64,000 bases of DNA from an uncultured Clostridia bacterium (GTDB taxonomy: Bacteria; Bacillota; Clostridia; TANB77; CAG-508): NCBI GenBank assembly GCA_948857205.1, contig CAQPRV010000107.1, forward strand, positions 9,272 through 73,271, read 5' to 3'. The number at the start of each line of letters is the position of its first letter. The stretch's first letter is position 1. Shown one piece after another: positions 57,140 through 64,000 of the stretch. The translations under genes and the position numbers were made by a program. The notes under the pieces are model-generated. The model saw nothing but the letters and a program-made list of their open reading frames with translations. It made no database searches and was not told the origin of the DNA.

Positions 57140-57802
57140 ATGGACTTAGGAGAAAAATTATTTGAACTAAGAAAATCTAAAAATTTAACACAAGATGAAG
57201 TAGCAGAAAAATTAAAAGTAACAAGACAAACCATTTCAAAATGGGAAACAAATCAAAGTACACCAGATTTTGACAAAATAATTCCATTGTGTGAGTTATT
57301 TGAAATTGGTGTAGAAGAATTATTAACTGGCAAAAAGCCAAAGGAATATTATGACGAGGCAGTGGATACTGACAATTTACAGGAAAAAGTATTAACAAAA
57401 CAAGAAGCAAAAGAGAAGTCAGCAAAAGTTGTAAGTAGTTCAATTTTTATTTATATAGGATCTATAGCATTTCTTATGGTAGCTATATTAGTGCAACATG
57501 CAAATCTAATTGTATCAAGTTCTATATTTTTATTATTAATTGGTTGGGCAACTGCTAGAATAATTAAAAATTACATGTCAATGCCAAAATTTGAAAAGAC
57601 AAAAGAAGAAAAGAAGCAAGAAAAAATAATTAAACAAATTAATGGAATTATTAGTTCAATTTGTGTAGGAATCTATTTTATTGTAAGTTTTATAACTATG
57701 GCATGGCATATAACTTGGATTATATTTATTATTAATAGTTTAATATGTCAAGTAGTAAAATTAATATTTATGTTAAAAGAGGAGGAAGAAGATGGAGAAT
57801 AA
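57140..57802 (+). CDS. Membrane-tethered XRE-family HTH regulator
   Basis: LRKSKNLTQDEVAEKLKVTRQTISKWETNQSTP plus 3 C-terminal TM segments. The ATG at 57140 follows an AGAGAGGAG SD. Confidence 0.8.
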   Translation: MDLGEKLFELRKSKNLTQDEVAEKLKVTRQTISKWETNQSTPDFDKIIPLCELFEIGVEELLTGKKPKEYYDEAVDTDNLQEKVLTKQEAKEKSAKVVSSSIFIYIGSIAFLMVAILVQHANLIVSSSIFLLLIGWATARIIKNYMSMPKFEKTKEEKKQEKIIKQINGIISSICVGIYFIVSFITMAWHITWIIFIINSLICQVVKLIFMLKEEEEDGE

Positions 57803-58580
57803 AACACCAATTATAATATTAATTATTTTGTTAACAATTATTATATTTTTTTTAGTAATATTTTTAGTGCAATACTTGTGTGGTGGGAAAATTGGAATAA
57901 TTAATATAGGTACTAAAAATAATGAGGTAATATATGAAGAAGAATTCAAATTAGAAGAAATAAAAAACATAGATATAAAGCAAGATGTTGGAAATATTAT
58001 TTTAAAAGAAGCAACTGATAATAAAATTAAATTAATTGTTTATGGAGAAAAAGTTGGAGATATAAAAGTTAATTTAAATCATAATAAATTAGAAATTGAT
58101 TATACAATACAGAAAAGGTTTACACTTTTTAATTTTGGAAGGAGTAAGAAGGATATTATTTTATTAATTCCAAGTAGCTATTATGATAAAATAAAAATTA
58201 AAAATGATTTAGGGAATTGTAAGATTAGTAATTTAGAAGACGCTACATTAGATATTGAATGTAATGCAGGAAATGTAGAAGTTGAAAAGATAAAAAACGT
58301 AAAGATTAAATGTGACATGGGTGAAGTGAAAATACAAGAAATAAATAATAAATGTGATATATTTGTTAATGCAGGAAATGTTCAAGTTACAAAACTTTCA
58401 ATTCAAGAAGATTCAAAAATAAAAGCAGATTTAGGAAATGTAAATATTAGCGAAACAAATGATGTTTACATAGAAGGACATGTTGACTTAGGAAATTCGA
58501 ATATAAATGATAGTAATAGAAATTCAAATGTTACATTAAAGATAGAGTGTGATTGTGGAAATATCAAGATAGGAAAATAA
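57792..58580 (+). CDS. DUF4097-family (LiaG-like beta-helix 'putative adhesin') membrane-anchored protein
   Basis: N-terminal TM, then repeated D(L/M)G(N/E)(V/C)K(I/V) strands. It overlaps the upstream regulator gene by 11 nt. Confidence 0.65.
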   Translation: MENKTPIIILIILLTIIIFFLVIFLVQYLCGGKIGIINIGTKNNEVIYEEEFKLEEIKNIDIKQDVGNIILKEATDNKIKLIVYGEKVGDIKVNLNHNKLEIDYTIQKRFTLFNFGRSKKDIILLIPSSYYDKIKIKNDLGNCKISNLEDATLDIECNAGNVEVEKIKNVKIKCDMGEVKIQEINNKCDIFVNAGNVQVTKLSIQEDSKIKADLGNVNISETNDVYIEGHVDLGNSNINDSNRNSNVTLKIECDCGNIKIGK

Positions 58581-58848
58581 AAAACATATTTTTGAGTTAG
58601 AAAAAATGCTTATAGAAATATAGGCATTTTTTGAAAATTTGTAAATAATGACAAATTTTATTTATAAAAAGACTACACAAATAAAAAATAATGTGATAAA
58701 ATAAAAAACGAATTTAATACGATTATATTGATATAAAATCAAAAATACTAAAATTGACAAACCATAAGTAAAGCATAAAAGTGAACAAATCTAATGTTAA
58801 ATGTTTAGAAGACCTTAAAAAAAGAAGAAAATAAAGGAGGAGTTAACC

Positions 58849-58971
58849 ATGTCAGGACATAGTAAAGGACATAATATCGTTCCTCAAACCTTTACAGTAT
58901 CAAGGACTTTAGAAAATATATATTTGTCTTTAGCACAATTTGAGCGTAATCAAATCAATAAAAATCCATAA
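58849..58971 (+). CDS. Small ORF (40 aa) with a strong SD
   Basis: AAAGGAGGAG 8 nt upstream. MSGHSKGHNIVPQTFTVSRTLENIYLSLAQFERNQINKNP. No known family recognised. Confidence 0.3.
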   Translation: MSGHSKGHNIVPQTFTVSRTLENIYLSLAQFERNQINKNP

Positions 58972-59239
58972 AAATGATAAAATAATGATAAAAAATGAAT
59001 AAATTTTGGAAAAAGGTAACCAGATTTTAGGTTATCTTTTTTGTTCCCTATCATATAAAATATCAAATGTTTTTGTACAAATAAACAACTAAAAAAGGTA
59101 ATAATATCAATATTATCAAAATATAAGATACTCATCAAAGTTGTGTGAAAATATTTACACTAAATCGCAAAAGAAGTATAAAAAGAAAAATGAATTTATG
59201 TAAAATGAAAAAACAAATGTACTTTGTATATTTGTACAA

Positions 59240-60064
59240 GTGAAATTGATAAAATTAAAAAATGAATTAGGAAAAGGATTTTCTCGTACAAATTTACAAA
59301 ATATGAGACTATTTTATCAATATTATCCAAAATGCCAGACGTCTGGCAAATTATCATGGTCACATTATTGCGAATTAGTAATGATTAAAGAAAAAGAAAA
59401 AAGAGACTTTTACGAAAAAGAATGTATAAATTCTAAATGGGCAGTTAGAGAATTAAAAAGACAAGTAGAATCATCACTTTATGAAAGATTATTATTATCT
59501 AATGGAAAAGCAAATAAAGAAAAAGTTTTAAAATTAGCTAAGGAAGGACAAGTAATAGAAAAGCCTGAGGATATATTAAAGGATCCTTATGTATTTGAAT
59601 TTTTAGGAATACCAGAAAATAAACCAGTATTAGAAAGAGATTTAGAGTATAAATTGATTAAACATATTGAAGATTTTTTACTTGAATTAGGAAAAGGTTT
59701 TATGTTTGTTGGTTCACAACAAAGAGTAACATTAGGCAATACACATTATTATGTAGATATGGTATTTTATAATAAAATATTAAAATGTTATGTTTTAATT
59801 GATTTGAAGATAGGACATCTAAAACCAGAAAACATGGGACAAATGAACATGTATTTGAATTATTACGAAAGGGAAGTAAATACAGAAGAAGATAATAAGC
59901 CAATAGGAATTGTATTATGTGCTGAAAAAGATGAGATTGTTGCAGAATATTCATTAGAAGGTTTAAATAACAATATATTTGCTTCACAGTATACGTATTG
60001 TATTCCTGATAAAGAACAATTGATAAAAGAAGTTGAAAAAGTTTTAAGAGAAAATGAAGAATAA
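59240..60064 (+). CDS. DUF1016/YhcG-family PD-(D/E)xK nuclease, N-terminally truncated relative to the family
   Basis: LGKGFSRTNLQNMRLFY, KDPYVFEFLG, GKGFMFVG.Q.R......YYVDMVFYN..LKCYVLIDLK. It has a GTG start, about 70 N-terminal family residues are absent, and upstream frames contain stops. Confidence 0.7.
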   Translation: MKLIKLKNELGKGFSRTNLQNMRLFYQYYPKCQTSGKLSWSHYCELVMIKEKEKRDFYEKECINSKWAVRELKRQVESSLYERLLLSNGKANKEKVLKLAKEGQVIEKPEDILKDPYVFEFLGIPENKPVLERDLEYKLIKHIEDFLLELGKGFMFVGSQQRVTLGNTHYYVDMVFYNKILKCYVLIDLKIGHLKPENMGQMNMYLNYYEREVNTEEDNKPIGIVLCAEKDEIVAEYSLEGLNNNIFASQYTYCIPDKEQLIKEVEKVLRENEE

Positions 60065-60090
60065 AATATACGAAAGAAAGAGGGAAAAAT

Positions 60091-61131
60091 ATGATTGATT
60101 TTACAGATGTCAAAATAGAAAAATTGATAGTACATAGAGTAGGAAACAAAATGAAAAATGAAAATATTACTATATCAAACAATCTATGTGATATAAATAA
60201 TCAAGTTACAGAAAGTATAATACAAAAGTATTTACTAACACCATTTAATAAAATAAATACTTGGTTTAGATTTAATCATGAAAGTGATATAAAATATAAT
60301 GAAATATATTCTTACATAAAAAATATTTTTAATAATGATGAAGAGTTTTATAAAGAAACAGTACAAATAACAAAACATTTATATGAGAAATCAACACACC
60401 CCAATATTAAAAATGGAGAATTGTATATTGCATATATAAAAAATTGCAATATTGATAATCAAAATGTAAATGCAATAGGAATATTTAAATCTGAAAACAA
60501 AGACATATTTATTGATATTATAGAAAATAGAAATCAAATTAATGTAAACTGGAAAAAAGGTACTAACATTAATAAATTAGATAAAGGATGTATTGTGTTT
60601 AACAAAAATGAAGAAACGGGTTATAAAATTTTATTAGTGGATAATACGAACAATAGAGAAGCTAAATATTGGGAAGAAGATTTTTTGAATGTAGCCTTAA
60701 TTCAGGATTCATTCATAAAAACAAAGGAAATAGTAAATATTTGTAAAAAGTTTACTGAAGACAGATACATAGGTGATAAGAAGGAAAAAGCTATAATATT
60801 AAACAGTACATATGAGTATTTAAAAGAAAATGAAAAATTTGAGACGAATGATTTTATCGAAAAGGTTGTAGAAAAAAATGAGGATAAAGTAAAATTAAAA
60901 GAATATATAGATGGATATACAAAAGACAAAATGGATATAAATGAATTTAATATATCGACTAATGCAATAAAGGAAATTAAAAGAGAAATAAAAAACTTAA
61001 TTAAGTTAGATAAAACAATAGAGATAAAAATTACAGATATTACTAAAGAAAAGGCAAATATGATAGAAAAGGGATACGATGCAGAAAAAAATATGAGATA
61101 TTATAAATTATATTATAATGAAGAAAGTTGA
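60091..61131 (+). CDS. NdpA/YejK-like nucleoid-associated protein family (NA37)
   Basis: The N-terminus MIDFTDVKIEKLIVHRVGNK..., HESD...E.Y.Y....F, HLYE.S.HP.IK.GELY.AY and AIGIFKSENKD match my recollection of Firmicutes/Bacteroidetes NA37 proteins. Confidence 0.65.
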   Translation: MIDFTDVKIEKLIVHRVGNKMKNENITISNNLCDINNQVTESIIQKYLLTPFNKINTWFRFNHESDIKYNEIYSYIKNIFNNDEEFYKETVQITKHLYEKSTHPNIKNGELYIAYIKNCNIDNQNVNAIGIFKSENKDIFIDIIENRNQINVNWKKGTNINKLDKGCIVFNKNEETGYKILLVDNTNNREAKYWEEDFLNVALIQDSFIKTKEIVNICKKFTEDRYIGDKKEKAIILNSTYEYLKENEKFETNDFIEKVVEKNEDKVKLKEYIDGYTKDKMDINEFNISTNAIKEIKREIKNLIKLDKTIEIKITDITKEKANMIEKGYDAEKNMRYYKLYYNEES

Positions 61132-61152
61132 TAGTTTTAAGGGGGAAAACTA

Positions 61153-62091
61153 ATGGGAGGAGAAAATTCAAAAAAATCTGGAGAAATAGGAGAAAAAATT
61201 GCTGAAAAAGTATTGAATTTAATAGGTTGGAAAGATTCATTTAGTGGATTTAATGTAGACTGTATAAATAATAAAGAACATAAGTTAAAAGGTAGAGAAG
61301 AGAGAAAAACTCATGGAATTGATTTGTATTTTAGATATAAATGTCCATTAAGTGATAGAATACAAGAAAATGTGGTAATATCTGTAAAAAATAGAGATTC
61401 ATATCCAAATGGAGAAACTGGAAAAAAGAGTGAAGCGAAGGGATTTTTAAGAGAGTTATCCCAATCAATAGAATGCTTATTAAAGTCTCAAATATATAAA
61501 GAAAATAAAATAGCTAGTATTAGACAAATTGATAATGCTGGAGTATTATTTTGGATTAATAAGAATGGAAATGAAGATGACGAAGTTATTAAAGATATTG
61601 CAAATATACAACTTACATCAACTGACATAAAATATCCAATGTATATAGTAGACAATAAAGTTGCGAATTTTTTATGTCAAAGTATAAATTTTGCTAAAAA
61701 TTATTTTGAGAATGGTTTAGTAAGATACTTATATCCTCCTAATACAGGATATAATAATTCTAATTATGATAAGACATCATGTGGAGAACTATTACCAGTG
61801 CAATACATAAATTCACATATAATTCCTTTTAAAGAAGAAACAAAGGATATACTTATAATAACGATTATGCAAGAATTCAATAGAGAAGCGTTACCAAGAT
61901 TAATAGCACTAGCACAGGATTTAACTAGTTCATGGGGGAGTAAAATAATTATTGCATTTCCAAATTATGACTCATATAAGTATGAGCAAGATGTTATATG
62001 GGCAAAAAATCAATTCCAAGACCAAAAATTCATAGATAAAATAGAAATTAGAAGTTATGGGCAAGATTTTAGAAACTTAAAGGAGGAGTAA
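61153..62091 (+). CDS. Hypothetical protein with a possible restriction-endonuclease-like (PD-(D/E)xK) N-terminal domain
   Basis: GEIGEKIAEKVLNLIGW ... HGIDLYFRY ... VVISVKN resembles the G.xGE...D...(E/S)xK core. AAGGGGGA SD. Confidence 0.4.
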   Translation: MGGENSKKSGEIGEKIAEKVLNLIGWKDSFSGFNVDCINNKEHKLKGREERKTHGIDLYFRYKCPLSDRIQENVVISVKNRDSYPNGETGKKSEAKGFLRELSQSIECLLKSQIYKENKIASIRQIDNAGVLFWINKNGNEDDEVIKDIANIQLTSTDIKYPMYIVDNKVANFLCQSINFAKNYFENGLVRYLYPPNTGYNNSNYDKTSCGELLPVQYINSHIIPFKEETKDILIITIMQEFNREALPRLIALAQDLTSSWGSKIIIAFPNYDSYKYEQDVIWAKNQFQDQKFIDKIEIRSYGQDFRNLKEE

Positions 62092-62094
62092 TAT

Positions 62095-63205
62095 ATGGAA
62101 ATAGCAGAAAGTAAAATAAATAGAGAAGTATTACTACCATATGGAGAAAAGTTAAAACCATTATTAAATAATTCAACAGTAAAAGCAACAGAATTGAAAA
62201 ATATTTTAAATGATAGAGGTATATTTGTTGCAGAAAATAGTAAAGAAAAAGAAATACCTATACTGACTAAAATATTATTGATATCTAGTGAGTTTGAAAA
62301 AATTTTAGAAACTCAGAAAACAAAGGACAAAACAATTAAGAGAAGAACTAGGAGTATAAAATGTAATACAGAAAAATCTTTAATGGATATATTAGACGAT
62401 GAAATAAAAGAAGAACAATTAAATTTGCCAGAGTATAAATCTTATGAATTAAACTGCAACTTAGAAGTTATGCCAGTATCAAAAAATAAAAATTCAGTAG
62501 AAATTGATTATAGCATTTCTAGAGAAGATCAAACAAAAGACTGGACAAATCAAAAATCTATATTTAATGGAAAAGTAAAGCTTACTAAAAATGGAAGTGA
62601 TATTGATATTGAAATGGAATATACATCTATAGAAACGCAAGATGTTAATAATAAAATTATTTCGTGCATAAAAAGACAATTGGTAGATAAAAATATTGTT
62701 AATAAAGATGAGAAAATAGATATTATAACTTCTAGTAAACTTAGTAACAAAAATAGATTTGAGTTTTTGTTAAATTTATCAAGTGATAGTGAAACAGGTA
62801 TATTAGTATTTAAACAGATAAAAAATGTGGAATTTAGTCCAGATAATAGTCAAAATTTGGTAGAAGATATAAAATGGATGAGTGAAAGAGTCAAAAATAT
62901 GAAACTAAGAGGGGAAGCGCTGAATGAAATTAAATATTTACAAGACGAACAATACAGAGATTGCTTAAAGTTAAGTGAGATACAATCTGAATATTCATAT
63001 GAATATGAAGGAGGAAAACGGTAATTGTACTATTGAATATGGCTTTCCTAATATAGATGGGGATACAGAATTTGAAATGAAAATAGTTAATAATAATCTA
63101 GATAAAGAATATAAGAATGCTAATAAGACTAATATAGAGAAGAAGATAAGAGATGAATTCGATTCTATAAAAATTAGAAAATATAAATCTATTTCGGAAG
63201 AATAG
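62095..63205 (+). pseudogene. Hypothetical protein, apparently frameshifted near its C-terminus
   Basis: ORF 62095..63024 and ORF 62975..63205 overlap in adjacent frames around the ggaggaaaacgg run (about 63005..63020). AAGGAGGAG SD; the start lies 3 nt after the preceding stop. Confidence 0.5.
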
Positions 63206-63349
63206 TAATATATTACTAAAAATTTCACAATTTATGCTTAAAAAATAACAAAAATGTCAATGATAAATAATAAAAAGAGATAATCAATGATATTGAAGTA
63301 ATTTAAAATAGTTTGAAGTTAATTGTAATAGATAAAAAGAGGTAAAAAT

Positions 63350-63655
63350 ATGCCAATAAAAAAAGAATATAGGTGTAAAACATATAGAATGAGACCAAAA
63401 GAATATATGAAATTATTTGACAAACAAATAAAAAAGCCAAAAGATTGTAAAGGGTATAAAGAATTTTTAGAGGATGCTAAAATACTAAAAGAAACTAATA
63501 ATGGTGGTAGACCAGCATTATTAGCAAATATATGGATAAAGCGAATTTGCCAAATGGATGATGAACAGTTATTTAAATTTGTTAATAAGTATAAAAAAGG
63601 GGAATTTGATCCATATCAATTCGAACCAGAATATTTACTACAAAAACAGAAATAG
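63350..63655 (+). CDS. Small hypothetical protein (possible HTH; GGRPA motif)
   Basis: AGAGGT SD. NNGGRPALLANIWIKRI is reminiscent of resolvase/transposase HTH_7 helices. Weak call. Confidence 0.35.
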   Translation: MPIKKEYRCKTYRMRPKEYMKLFDKQIKKPKDCKGYKEFLEDAKILKETNNGGRPALLANIWIKRICQMDDEQLFKFVNKYKKGEFDPYQFEPEYLLQKQK

Positions 63656-63761
63656 GAAAAGAATAAAATTAAATAAGATAATTAAATAGAATAAAATATT
63701 AGAATAATTTATTTTACCATAATATGATGGTATTACTTATATATAAATATAAGGTTCAGTT

Positions 63762-63788
63762 TAAGATAGGAGAAAATCCTATCTTTTT
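63762..63788 (+). terminator. Rho-independent terminator
   Basis: Arms aagatagga / tcctatctt plus TTTT. Confidence 0.6.
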
Positions 63789-64000
63789 TGATAAATAAAA
63801 TATATGTAAAATGATAATTTTTTATACTATACATAAAACTAATTGAGTTATAGTGATATTTATTGTAGTTAATGGATACTTATTTATTCTAAATGAAAAA
63901 TGATTCATAAATATACATGTCTACTAAGAATTAAATGGCATAATATTAAAAAGATAATATAACTTGACTTGTACAAATAGACTAAAAAATCAAAAATGAG

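Noticed and set aside
1-64000. CRISPR arrays, rRNA genes, complete prophage or IS elements
   Set aside because: No regularly spaced direct repeats, no rRNA-like sequence and no transposase ORF were seen. The lone DUF1064 gene (1346..1699) has no neighbouring phage genes, so no prophage is called.

Overview
Very AT-rich chromosomal segment from a spore-forming, low-GC Firmicute that looks Clostridia-like. All calls come from motif recognition by eye, with no database search. Housekeeping content includes addA, rqcH, T-box-controlled valS and thrS, tRNA-Thr(GGU), ychF, pgi, lexA and a heterodimeric ABC exporter. Sporulation genes include cotJA/B/C, sigH and spoIIP.

The strongest observation is that the cotJA-cotJB-cotJC spore-coat operon is split inside cotJB. 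The interrupting ~5.7 kb element (about 18896..24587) carries a large serine recombinase, a RelE-type toxin-antitoxin pair with a frameshifted toxin, and a three-gene nucleotide-catabolism operon. Joining the flanks at a shared TGG restores a canonical CotJB C-terminus (...EEPWPWERGNF) whose stop overlaps the cotJC ATG. This resembles skin/SPbeta-type intervening elements.

Other candidates:
- A DUF4178 x2 / DUF350 x2 / membrane-fused spermidine-synthase / AdoMetDC-like cluster, bracketed by a 90-nt inverted repeat pair.
- A tight operon at 60091..63205 (NdpA/NA37-like, restriction-endonuclease-like, unknown protein) next to a truncated DUF1016 nuclease. This may be a defence-type island.
- An amidoligase gene pair.
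- A family of short palindromic intergenic repeats, one inserted in the thrS leader.
- Frame disruptions confined to accessory genes: a cadA-like ATPase (three sites), relE, a P-loop kinase and one unknown gene.

No CRISPR array or rRNA was seen.
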